Assembly: GCA_963718895.1 (NCBI GenBank) | Contig: CAVRAG010000004.1 | Span: forward strand, 224,001 to 288,000 | Source of the DNA: an uncultured Nitrososphaerota archaeon | GTDB taxonomy: Archaea > Thermoproteota > Nitrososphaeria > Nitrososphaerales > Gagatemarchaeaceae | Direction of reading: 5' to 3' | Length of the DNA stretch: 64,000 nucleotides | Shown: positions 30,597 to 39,707 of the stretch, one piece after another | How the letters are laid out: every line of letters begins with the position of its first letter | Position numbering within the stretch: the first letter of the stretch is position 1 | Position numbers and translations under genes: made by a program | The notes under the pieces: generated by a model | Database searches by the model: none | What the model saw: only the letters and a program-made list of their open reading frames with translations | Told to the model about the DNA's origin: nothing

Positions 30597-33287
30597 TTGG
30601 AGCGTCTCACCCGACCTTCCAAGCTCGTGCTGCTTGCGGCCGGTACCGACAAGGGGAGCCCGGTCCGCGTAGCCGACGCCATCTACGACTCCTTCAGGAG
30701 CTACCGGAACGACCGCTGCGCCGTCTTCACGCGGGACGACGAGATCGAACGGTTCCTGCAAGACTCGGGCATCGACGCGGAGCGCCTCGAGCCGGGAGAG
30801 AACCTCCACTGGCAGGGTGTGCAAACGAGCCTGAAGAGGAAGTGGAAACGCATTATCATCGGAGACTACGTCGACTGGTTCAGCTGGTGCATGCAGTGGC
30901 AGAGGTTCAACGCGTTCCACACCGTGATTCTCTTCAGGCCCCTCAGCCGGATGGCCGATGACGAGGGCAGAGGGTACATCGACGGCTTCCTGACGAGGCT
31001 GTTGAACAAGCCCAGCCTGCACAGGGTCATCGTAATCGAGGAGACTGGCCTCCTGCCTGTGGTCGAGCAATGGATGGGAGATGGCCCTTCAATCTCTCAC
31101 CCGGGACTCTCGGGTCGCTTCGGCACAGACGAGGTCCGCGAAGCAATCCTCGCTACACTCTTCGGGACCAGACTCTCACATACGGACCTGAACCGTGCGG
31201 TAGGCAGGACGCTGTCGGCCAAGCTGAACCCGGACTGGCCCTCCATCTTGCAGAAGACGGAATCATCTCCGAGGATTCTGAGGCGCAACAACTTCCGCTT
31301 GCTCACAGATGAAGCGATGGAGAGGGTTCAGAGTCTTAGCAAGATTTCAACTAAGACTGCCGAACAGGGGCCCGGACATGAGGAGCTCTTCCGGCTCTCC
31401 CGGAAGCGGGAGCATCTGCGGGCCGACGACCAGTGGATCGAGGAGCGGATTCTCACCCTGGTGGAGGAGCGCGGCTGGTTCACCACTCCTGTGCTGTACG
31501 ACTATGCAAGAAGCCAGCTCGAGGAAGTCCTGCGGAGCAGCACGCCGCCTCCCTGGGCTATCCTGGACCAGTTCGAGAGGGCCCCGAACGACCCGCCAAT
31601 GGTGAACCTCCCGAGCAGGGCTACGCTGAGGCGGGTCGCAGAGCGCATGATCACGGAGGGGCGGCTGGCCAGGTCGACCTGGTTCAGGGAGGTAGGGCGG
31701 CCGAGCACCGTGTACCACAAGCCCGGGTCAGGTGAGTTCGCCCAAGACAATCGATGTGGCCAGTGCGCGTTCTACGTCCCGCTGAGAAGACGCTGCCGGC
31801 TCTGGTGGCTCCTCGACAAGGCCTTCGGCACCCACGACCCGCGCTGGAGCAAGGAGGGGGCGCACCCCCTCTCCGAGTTCGAACTCTACAAGATGAGGAA
31901 CTCGTGGCGGATAAGCCCGCACTCCTCGGCCTGCGCCCGTTTCACCGACAAGAAGAAGGACCATTCGCGGAAGGAGGTCCCTGAGAGCTGCGAGATCTGC
32001 AGCGAACCCCTACCAGAATCCAAGTCCAGCCTAGTTATCTGCAGAAAATGCAGGACAAGGTACGCCACGGTCAAACGCCACGTCAGGGTGTTGACCGCGT
32101 ACGAGCACGAGTTCGAGAGGAACTACCGGGACCTCGCGGGCAGGGATTCTACGTCCGATGTCACGAGGCTGGAAGAGGAGAGACAAGGTTCCACTTCTAG
32201 AATCCTGGAACGCATCTACTATGATGAGCACCGTCCAGCGTCCGACGACAAAGACGAGCGCAGGACGCTGACGATCTATCCCGGGGACAGGATGCTGGTA
32301 AAGGAAGGTAAGCTCTACATCTTCAAGAGACGGAATGTCGAGGCTGTCCCACTGACAGGCACGACGCTCGTCGACAACGGCGTGATAGGTGAGGAACAGC
32401 TCAAGGCGCTCGAAGATGCGGGGGCGACCGTCCGGAAGGCAACAAGCTCCAATGCACCTCCCATGGAAGCGAAAGAACCAAGGTTTGACATCAGTCCACT
32501 CGTAGAAAGGGCCGTCCTCGAGCGCCCCGAACTCGCCCGCGGATTCGCCTTGGCCATGGCCAAGAGCGCAATCGACGCCACCGAGAGAATAGCCGCCCTC
32601 CCGCAGACGCAGGAGGCGGAGGCCATACCTTTGAAGAGGGAAGAGCTCCGGCTTTTCGGGCGTCTGGAGAGATCCGGCCCGAACGGGTTCCTGACCTTCG
32701 AGGCGCGGATCATGATTCAATACTGGAAGTGCTTCAACCTGCCGCTCCGACGCGTCTTCGAAAGGTTCGGGCCCCGCAAGCGCTCACGTTTCGTGAGAGA
32801 GAGCGTGACGGCTGCGTCGGGCAGGGCCAGGGGGTACTCCGCGGTGGACGCGGCGATAAACTACCTGCACCAGAGGCGGCTCTTCAAGTGCAGACAGGTC
32901 AACATCCAGCTGGGGCTCGAATACAACCCGGGGGAGGGCTTTTTGCACAGGAGGAGGTGGAACTCGGATGGCCTAGGCCTGCTTCTCGACCTCATCGACC
33001 CCTTCAAGTTCGCTGACAGGGAGAAGCTCCTGAGCGCGATACTGGATTCAAGAGTCAACTGGAGGGACTTCTACAGCTCGACGGACAGGCACGGAGTCCG
33101 GTTCTACTATCCGAAACCGGAGGCGATAGGCACGCTCGAGGGCGTGGGCGAGGAAGCAGACAAGAGCATGGTGGAGTACAAAGGCGTCAAGCTCCCGCTT
33201 ATGGAAGCTTACCGGACCACGGTCTCCGATCTGATTGAGAACCTTCAGAAGGACGGGAAACCGTCTTTCACACCTTTCGCATACTGA
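30597..33287 (+). CDS. cas1: Multidomain Cas1 fusion: degenerate Hel308/Ski2-like region, wHTH, Cys clusters, C-terminal Cas1 domain
   Basis: Cas1 beta domain TLTIYPGDRMLVKEGKLYI..VPL (from about aa 555); catalytic-type motifs FE702ARIMIQYW, DAAINYLH, GLEYNPGEGFLH784, LLD798LIDPFKFAD. Confidence 0.8.
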   Translation: MERLTRPSKLVLLAAGTDKGSPVRVADAIYDSFRSYRNDRCAVFTRDDEIERFLQDSGIDAERLEPGENLHWQGVQTSLKRKWKRIIIGDYVDWFSWCMQWQRFNAFHTVILFRPLSRMADDEGRGYIDGFLTRLLNKPSLHRVIVIEETGLLPVVEQWMGDGPSISHPGLSGRFGTDEVREAILATLFGTRLSHTDLNRAVGRTLSAKLNPDWPSILQKTESSPRILRRNNFRLLTDEAMERVQSLSKISTKTAEQGPGHEELFRLSRKREHLRADDQWIEERILTLVEERGWFTTPVLYDYARSQLEEVLRSSTPPPWAILDQFERAPNDPPMVNLPSRATLRRVAERMITEGRLARSTWFREVGRPSTVYHKPGSGEFAQDNRCGQCAFYVPLRRRCRLWWLLDKAFGTHDPRWSKEGAHPLSEFELYKMRNSWRISPHSSACARFTDKKKDHSRKEVPESCEICSEPLPESKSSLVICRKCRTRYATVKRHVRVLTAYEHEFERNYRDLAGRDSTSDVTRLEEERQGSTSRILERIYYDEHRPASDDKDERRTLTIYPGDRMLVKEGKLYIFKRRNVEAVPLTGTTLVDNGVIGEEQLKALEDAGATVRKATSSNAPPMEAKEPRFDISPLVERAVLERPELARGFALAMAKSAIDATERIAALPQTQEAEAIPLKREELRLFGRLERSGPNGFLTFEARIMIQYWKCFNLPLRRVFERFGPRKRSRFVRESVTAASGRARGYSAVDAAINYLHQRRLFKCRQVNIQLGLEYNPGEGFLHRRRWNSDGLGLLLDLIDPFKFADREKLLSAILDSRVNWRDFYSSTDRHGVRFYYPKPEAIGTLEGVGEEADKSMVEYKGVKLPLMEAYRTTVSDLIENLQKDGKPSFTPFAY

Positions 33288-33696
33288 GCAGACAGCCCTT
33301 CGCCCAAACGGCCTCGAGTTTAGGGTCTGTCACCGTCCTCCAGAAATCGAAATGCTTCAGCGTCTCCTCTCTCGTCATGAACTGCACCGGCCTCGTCACG
33401 CTAACCATCTTTTCGTGGAACAGCTCATGCACAGGAATGGGCCGGGCGAGGGCATGGTTCACTTCGACGCCGACGCCAGAGGTGATCCTGTTCAGGAGCC
33501 TGCTGAAGACCAGCCCGTCGCAGCAGTCTATCAGTCCAAACCAGTACGCCATCCCATCCTTCTTACCCTGATCGTTCTGAAGAGTTCCTGGATTCACTAT
33601 CTCGCAACCGGGCAAGTGGGTAGCTATCGCAAGCATCTCGGCTTTCTCGAGCGCGGTCCCGTAGAGGCACATGGCATGGGCGTAGTAGACCCGCAC
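33268..33696 (-). CDS. Nucleoside 2-deoxyribosyltransferase-like protein
   Basis: VYYAH, IVNP, IDCCDGLVF, TSGVGVEVNHA..IPV. Confidence 0.6.
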   Translation of the reverse strand: MRVYYAHAMCLYGTALEKAEMLAIATHLPGCEIVNPGTLQNDQGKKDGMAYWFGLIDCCDGLVFSRLLNRITSGVGVEVNHALARPIPVHELFHEKMVSVTRPVQFMTREETLKHFDFWRTVTDPKLEAVWAKGCLLSMRKV

Positions 33697-33864
33697 ACAT
33701 CATCCTAGTACAAAGAAACTCGGGCCTATAATCGCCATGGTGCATCTGCGAATGCGACCAGAAGGTGCACCAAACAATCAAAGTATATTTAACCAACCAG
33801 ATTTGGTCGTGGCCACCCGAGGTTAGAGAAAATCAAAGGACGCAATTACCGCGAAGTTAAGTCA

Positions 33865-34347
33865 ATGGCTTACACCAGCAAGTACTACGCACCCGGCGCA
33901 CCCAACTCCAAGGTCGCCAGGTTCACCACAGGAAAGGCGAACCCCGACTACAACTACTGCATCAACCTGGTCTCCAGGGGAAGGGTCCAGATCAGGCACA
34001 ACGCCCTCGAGGCGGCCCGTGTGGCTGCGAACAAGAAATTGGTCAGCCTTGGAGAAGAGGGGTACCTTCTCACCGTGAAGACATACCCTCATATAATTTT
34101 GAGAGAGAACAAGATGATCGCCACCGCAGGCGCAGACAGGCTCCAGGAGGGTATGAGGAAGGCCTTCGGCAAGCCGATAGGTCTGGCCGCCCGCGTGGAC
34201 ATAGGCAGCACGATACTCGAGCTCCAGGTCAAGACGGCCGACCTCCAGCTGGGCAAGAACGCGCTCCACGCGGCGAAGGCGAAGCTGGGCGTGCTCACGG
34301 ACGTCGTAGCCGTAGAGATCCCGAAGGCCCCCACGCCCGCTGCCTAG
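33865..34347 (+). CDS. rpl10e: 50S ribosomal protein uL16 (L10e)
   Basis: [49 protein letters not shown]. Confidence 0.97.
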   Translation: MAYTSKYYAPGAPNSKVARFTTGKANPDYNYCINLVSRGRVQIRHNALEAARVAANKKLVSLGEEGYLLTVKTYPHIILRENKMIATAGADRLQEGMRKAFGKPIGLAARVDIGSTILELQVKTADLQLGKNALHAAKAKLGVLTDVVAVEIPKAPTPAA

Positions 34348-34538
34348 CCGCTGACCAGTCGGCATAGTCAAGGCGTTAATCGACAGAGGATTTCAAGCAG
34401 GTAGATGCTGCGCACAGGATTCATCACTCATCCGGGGACTCATCCAGGTACGTCGGTTGTGATAGGATGTCAAGGCGGGAATTCCAGTTGCTCTCCGGGC
34501 TTTTACGTGCGAACCGCGTCGGACCCCGAGGCCCTCTC
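34304..34538 (+). repeat. rpl10e 3' end plus first array repeat (copy A)
   Basis: Directly repeated at 38386..38618; ends CTTTTACGTGCGAACCGCGTCGGACCCCGAGGCC. Confidence 0.85.
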
Positions 34539-34675
34539 TCGTCCCACCTCCGTCCCGCGCGACGCTACCAAGAGGCGACTCTGGAACTTCGGCAAGGCAG
34601 AGAGTGTTCCTCTATTCCTACATGAGTTGCCCCGAATAATCTTGGGTTGACGGCTGCCTTCGGAGGTTAGTCTAT

Positions 34676-36289
34676 CTAATCTCTCCTTATCGCCATGTAC
34701 AGGAAACAGGCGAGGGGAACGAGTATCCATAAGACCGCCGCTGCAACGATGGTGGGGATAGTTATCCCGTAAGCTTGGGGCACTATGGAAAAGCTCTGTC
34801 CGGCTAGAACCGGAAGCCCAACGGAAGATATTGTTCCAGTGAGGTATGTGCCTACGAGGCTCACGAATGCAGCGGGATTCACAAACTCCAAACTCACAGA
34901 GAGCTGGTAGAACCCCACAGAGCCGCTCTGAATCCCCAGTACTGACGTAACTAGAGTGGCAATCACGCCTTGGAAGAAGTCGATTACCAGGAACAGTCCC
35001 ACGCCTATTCCAATCAGCGAACCCGAAGACCTCACGAGATGCGAGAGAAGCATCATTGTCCCGATGAAGGCAGCTAGCTCCACCAGAAGACCCGCGGTTG
35101 ACGATATCAGAATCGAAGCATCGATGAACAACCCAGAGAAATGTTGGGCGATTAGGTCCAGCGCGGCCACCGAGGCGAGCGTGGCCACGGATATCCCGGC
35201 GAAGCTCGAGACGTACCTGGAAAGAGACAGTCCCCTTCGCGTGACGGGTTGGGCGAGCACGGACTCGAGGACTCCTGAAACGCGGTCCTTGCCGTATACG
35301 CTGTACACCGTGACTATCGTCAAGAGAGGGATGAAGAGACCGAAGAAGGTCTCGAAGAACGAGACGGCGACCTGATTGTTCAGCGCCCTCGTGAGCGCCG
35401 AATCAGGATACACCTGTCCAAGCGGCAAGTTAGAGGTTGACGTGGCGACGCTCGTGCCGTTCGGATACGCTAGACCTATTGCAACTATGTCGCCGGAAGC
35501 AGCAATAGTTGCTGGAGCTTCAGAGAGATTCCCAGTCAGTTGAGGAGAGGGGAGGACCTGGACGTAGGACCTCATCGTGCCGAGAAGCTGGGCGTTCGAC
35601 TGGTTCAGCTCGGCTGGAATAAGGGTCTCGGCTTGTACGCCTCCGCAGTCCTGCACGAACGCCCCGTTCTGGCACGGGGTCCCGCTGAGGAATCGGTAAT
35701 AGACGAGGTACCCGCTTGGTGAAGAGCCATTGAAACCGGCCCAGGACACCAGAATGTCCCTGGATGATGTATTCGTGAGGCCCGTGACGGTCGCGGGCGT
35801 GGCAGGCGATTGGTAACGGGTCGTGTGGAACACCGAGACGGTCTGACCGGGAGGGGTACTGCTTGAGAATGGCGCGTAATCACCACTAACTATGACGGAA
35901 GAACCGGAGGCCGTCACGACCACGCCGACTGAGTAGCTATTGCTCTCTGGAACGGCTATCGTGAACTGGGTCGAGCCGCTCGAGTTGGTGACCGCTGACC
36001 CAGATACTGTACGGGGCGGAACGGCTGGGATGGTCACGTTCAAGTCGAACTTCACCCCCGCCGCGGGTTGGCCGAACTCGGTCCACGCGAGTGCGATGAA
36101 GTGATATCCGCTCGAGTTATAGTAGACAAAGATCTGGCTGGTGTTGTTGTTGTTCGGGGGGATGGCGTTCGCGGAGAAGCTCCCAAAGGCTGCGAGGCTC
36201 AGGAGCACCATCGCAGCCATCGCAATCAGGACGGACTTGCTGGTCAGAGTCCTTCTAGTGTCGTAGAGGAACGGGCCCAGCATGCTCAC
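34676..36289 (-). CDS. ABC-2 permease with large extracellular domain
   Basis: N-terminal TM; YGKDRVSGVLESVLAQPVTRR; ends RRD. Confidence 0.85.
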   Translation of the reverse strand: MSMLGPFLYDTRRTLTSKSVLIAMAAMVLLSLAAFGSFSANAIPPNNNNTSQIFVYYNSSGYHFIALAWTEFGQPAAGVKFDLNVTIPAVPPRTVSGSAVTNSSGSTQFTIAVPESNSYSVGVVVTASGSSVIVSGDYAPFSSSTPPGQTVSVFHTTRYQSPATPATVTGLTNTSSRDILVSWAGFNGSSPSGYLVYYRFLSGTPCQNGAFVQDCGGVQAETLIPAELNQSNAQLLGTMRSYVQVLPSPQLTGNLSEAPATIAASGDIVAIGLAYPNGTSVATSTSNLPLGQVYPDSALTRALNNQVAVSFFETFFGLFIPLLTIVTVYSVYGKDRVSGVLESVLAQPVTRRGLSLSRYVSSFAGISVATLASVAALDLIAQHFSGLFIDASILISSTAGLLVELAAFIGTMMLLSHLVRSSGSLIGIGVGLFLVIDFFQGVIATLVTSVLGIQSGSVGFYQLSVSLEFVNPAAFVSLVGTYLTGTISSVGLPVLAGQSFSIVPQAYGITIPTIVAAAVLWILVPLACFLYMAIRRD

Positions 36290-37227
36290 TTCGCCTGCTC
36301 CGGACCACTCGACGCGCCGACCAGCCTGAAGAAGTACTCCTCAAGGTCGGATTTCTGGACCGAGAACTCCCGGAGGAGGTACCCCTTCTTCATCAGCTCA
36401 GCGCTCACTTCCGAGGGATCGGCCTCAAACCCGGAGAGAACGATGCTGGACTCGCTCTCGACGCTGACCGTACCGAGAGTGCGAAGGTAGTCCAAGCCGC
36501 TCTCGTTTAGGTTCGGAATCGTCATTCGCAGGACGCCGTTGCCGCGCTCTATGGCGGCCAGCTCGCCTCTCGTGAGAGTCTTGATTACCTTCCCCCTGTG
36601 GATGAAGATGATTCTGTCGGAGACGGCTTCGATCTCGGAGAGTATGTGAGAGGAGAGGAGGACGGACTTGCTCTGCTTCCTCAGGTCCGTCAGGAGGGCA
36701 CGGACAGACCTTATGCCCTGTGGATCCAGCCCGTTCAGCAACTCATCGAAAAGAAGGTCCTTCGGTTCAGGAAGCAGAGCTAGCGCGAGGGAGAAACGCT
36801 TCTTCATCCCCTGTGAGTAGTCTCGGAGACGTTCCCTTTCGTGTCCCGAAAGCTCGAGGAGCTGGAAGAGCTCTTTGGCTCTTCTTTCGGCGGCGTCTCT
36901 TTCGATCCGGCGGAAACCCGCAAAGTAGAGTAGCAGACTCTCAGCCTTGGCGTTCTGCTCATAGTTCGGAAACTCCGGTACCCAGCCAATCTGCTCGGAG
37001 GCTTTGCGCTTGTCCGCGACTATGTCGTGGCCGTCAATCGTGACCGCTCCCGACGTGGGGAGAGACACGCCGCTCGCGACTCTGATGGTCGTCGTCTTGC
37101 CTGCCCCGTTCAGTCCGACGAAACCCACCACCTCGCCATCTTCCACCGAGAACGATACGTCGTCCAACGCGGAGACTTTCGTCTCCCCCCTCCCGTAGTG
37201 CTTTGTCAGATTCGCGACCCTTATCAT
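36286..37227 (-). CDS. ABC transporter ATP-binding protein
   Basis: GLNGAGKTT, YSQGMKKR, LLFDE, SSH. Confidence 0.95.
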   Translation of the reverse strand: MIRVANLTKHYGRGETKVSALDDVSFSVEDGEVVGFVGLNGAGKTTTIRVASGVSLPTSGAVTIDGHDIVADKRKASEQIGWVPEFPNYEQNAKAESLLLYFAGFRRIERDAAERRAKELFQLLELSGHERERLRDYSQGMKKRFSLALALLPEPKDLLFDELLNGLDPQGIRSVRALLTDLRKQSKSVLLSSHILSEIEAVSDRIIFIHRGKVIKTLTRGELAAIERGNGVLRMTIPNLNESGLDYLRTLGTVSVESESSIVLSGFEADPSEVSAELMKKGYLLREFSVQKSDLEEYFFRLVGASSGPEQAK

Positions 37228-37531
37228 AGGAAAGAGATCGCCTGGTCGAACCGGTGATTTCCTCCGGGTGGCCTAGAAAGCGAGAATTTCGCTAGGATAG
37301 GATCGAGAGTTACAGCCACCGAATGAAGTCCTGTCGGTGAGGTCTGGTCAAGCCCGAGGTGGATTCTCGATCGATGGCGGCGCGGGCAGGGCATGGAAGA
37401 GAGGAAGCCCATTCAAGCGATAATATACTCTGTTTAACGTAAGGACGTACTTTCGATACACCAGATTCATAACAGAGGTCTCGGGCATGAGGATGGCCTC
37501 GCGGTCTGAATAACGCTATTATAGTCGCTGG

Positions 37532-38179
37532 GTGGAGTTTTCGAGTGTGCCAGAACAACGAGCCGGAATAGCTTACCAGACGCGATTGGCCGTCGTTCTA
37601 TCAGCCTTCTTGCTCATTTCTTCTGGCTTCGTGCCCGCGATTTCAGCGAGCAGCGAGTCCGTCCTGACCGGCGTTCAACCAGGGAGCTTCCTGCTCATCT
37701 TGTTCAGCTTGCTCGATCCTTTCATGACAGTGACCTCCACGCACCCTGCTCCGGGGGTTGAGGGGGTCGCGGTTCAGCAGGAACCGACCTCGAGCGAGGT
37801 CCAGTCGGAAAGCCCGGCTGCCTCGACTCCAACTTACTCTTCTCCCTCCTCCACAACGTTGCCGTTGGCAGTGGTCCCACGCCTTTGGACCGACTCCGCA
37901 AGAAAGCGGTCGAGATTCCAGATATACATCGAGATACTCGAGTTGCTGAGGCGCGGCCCTCTGACTCCATTCGAAGTAGCATTCTATGCGAGACTGAATC
38001 ACAAGAAGGCAAAGGAATACCTCAAGTTCCTAGAAGAGAAGGGATACATCGAATTGGTCGACGAAGATGGCAGAAGGATGTGGGTTCTTTCAACGAGCGG
38101 GGGAAGCATCGTTGAGAAGGTGAGGGCCATCTACGGGTTGTTCGAGAGCGATTTCCCGACCAGAAGAGCCTACACGTAG
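37532..38179 (+). CDS. Membrane-tethered wHTH (HTH_45-like) protein
   Basis: Two N-terminal hydrophobic segments, S/P/T linker, KRSRFQIYIEIL..ARLNHKKAKEYL. Confidence 0.7.
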   Translation: MEFSSVPEQRAGIAYQTRLAVVLSAFLLISSGFVPAISASSESVLTGVQPGSFLLILFSLLDPFMTVTSTHPAPGVEGVAVQQEPTSSEVQSESPAASTPTYSSPSSTTLPLAVVPRLWTDSARKRSRFQIYIEILELLRRGPLTPFEVAFYARLNHKKAKEYLKFLEEKGYIELVDEDGRRMWVLSTSGGSIVEKVRAIYGLFESDFPTRRAYT

Positions 38180-38385
38180 GTCGAGCAGATTATTCATTAT
38201 ATCAGATTCTTTTCGGATGGGACGGTGTGATAGATATTAGGGCTAATGCTTCGCAAATCGCCTTGACCGCATCGGAGGATTCCATCGTCTCATTGGTGAC
38301 CTCAATCCAGCGGATGTTGCGCCTGTAACAAGAAATTTCACCCTTGATTGGTCGTGAATAGAGCTTTCCCACCTGATATATCTAC

Positions 38386-38618
38386 TCGTGGCCGTAGAGA
38401 TCCCGAAGGCCCCCACACCCGCTGCTTAGCCCCTGCCCGGTCGCCCCAACATCTCAGCCGCTCATCGGCAGGGGATTTCAAGTAGGTGGATTGCTGCGCA
38501 CAGGGCTCATCGCGCATCCGGTGACTCATTCCGATACGTCGGTGGTGATAGAATGTCAAGGTAGGTATTCCGATTGCTTTCCGGCTTTTACGTGCGAACC
38601 GAGCCAGGCCCCGAGGCC
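38386..38618 (+). repeat. Duplicated rpl10e 3' end plus array repeat (copy B)
   Basis: GCCGTAGAGATCCCGAAGGCCCCCACACCCGCTGCTTAG followed by a diverged copy of the rpl10e downstream region. Confidence 0.85.
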
Positions 38619-38707
38619 GAAGCTATTGTGAATCGAGTCTGACGCTCGCTAGCCCGCTCATGAAGAAGGATAGTTCCGTGTAGCCAACGACGCGGAAGCG
38701 CTCGATT

Positions 38708-39115
38708 CTAGCCCACCATCAGAAAGTCGTTCGCTGTCAATATTCTGGTTCCGTCGACCTTCCCAAGAGAGAGCAGGTGTTCATCGCCAGAAACTATGAA
38801 GTCTGCTTTTGCAGCCACAGCGCTCTCCAGAATCACGTTGTCTGCTGGATCTTCCTTGACAACATCCAGTCTTGCGGGAGTATCGACGAAAATCGCGATG
38901 GCTGACACAAGAGCCTTGAATCTCGATTTCTGTTCTTCCTCGAATTCGAACTTTGGATAGTCGAGCACTCTCGAGAGCTCATCGAACTGAGCCTGGGAGA
39001 TGAAGAGCTCAATATCCCCGCTGACTATCTGCGCCAGTATCTTGTGCGGCTTCCCGTTCCACCCTAGGGCAGAGATGAGTATGTTTGTGTCGAGGACTAC
39101 TTTGCTCTTGCCCAC
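38708..39115 (-). CDS. vapC: PIN-domain toxin
   Basis: VVLDTNILISAL, DPADNVILESA, IVSGDEHLL. Confidence 0.9.
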   Translation of the reverse strand: MGKSKVVLDTNILISALGWNGKPHKILAQIVSGDIELFISQAQFDELSRVLDYPKFEFEEEQKSRFKALVSAIAIFVDTPARLDVVKEDPADNVILESAVAAKADFIVSGDEHLLSLGKVDGTRILTANDFLMVG

Positions 39116-39357
39116 TTGACGGCCTCGTCGATGTCATCCTGCTTAACCTTGCGTTTCTTCATGTGAGACTGGATGTCTCTGGAGAGAGACTCGAACTCGA
39201 TCTTGACCTTTGGTATGTCTACTCGCTTGAACAGCACACCATCCTTTACCTCTATGGCCACGAATCTGTCGCTGCTGGTGAAGCCTTCGTTCTCTCTTAT
39301 TCGACGAGGGACCACTAATTGCCCCTTGCCTGACATCTTGACCAGTGGCTCCTCCAC
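39097..39357 (-). CDS. vapB: AbrB/MazE-type antitoxin
   Basis: KMSGKGQLVVPRRIRE; overlaps the toxin; GTTGAAC direct repeats in its promoter. Confidence 0.85.
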   Translation of the reverse strand: MEEPLVKMSGKGQLVVPRRIRENEGFTSSDRFVAIEVKDGVLFKRVDIPKVKIEFESLSRDIQSHMKKRKVKQDDIDEAVKWARAK

Positions 39358-39464
39358 CTTGACCGACTCCCATTGAGTCGTTGAACAGTTGAACTATTTA
39401 ACCGTTCGACCCAATCGGGCGCTACTCTTTCCTGCTCCTGCGAGCCGACGCATCGTCCGGTGAA

Positions 39465-39690
39465 CTCCCGGCTTCCTACGTGCGAACCGCGCCAGGGCCT
39501 CGAGGCCCTCTCCCCCGTCCGAGCTACGTCTTGTCTTAGATGCGGAATGGGCCTGAAGCCGTGCAAAGGGTTCATTGAGCCTCCGCCGGTCCACTTTATC
39601 CAGGTTCGTCAGCTATTGTAAGTGAGCCGGGGTGGGTATTCCAATTGCTCTCCGGGCTTCTACTTGCGAACCGCGCCGGGCCCCGAGGCC
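39465..39690 (+). repeat. Array repeat copy C: full unit of about 185 bp bounded by two cores
   Basis: GCGAACCGCGCC cores at about 39482 and 39666. Confidence 0.9.
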
Positions 39691-39707
39691 GCTCGAATCG
39701 ACCGCTT

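Noticed and set aside
25632-34347. Canonical casposon
   Set aside because: No family B DNA polymerase and no recognisable terminal inverted repeats with target duplication around cas1.
28000-36000. CRISPR array or cas operon near cas1
   Set aside because: I found no 25-45 bp repeats with regular short spacers and no cas2, cas4 or effector genes anywhere in the window.
39315-39594. ORFs inside the repeat (MNPLHGFR..., MDRRRLNEP..., also the N-terminus of 54003..54458)
   Set aside because: Reading frames are not preserved across copies; these are by-products of the repeat.
39600-39690. tRNA or tRNA-derived att site suggested by GGTTCG in the repeat
   Set aside because: No GGTTCRAATCC T-arm, cloverleaf or acceptor stem is evident.
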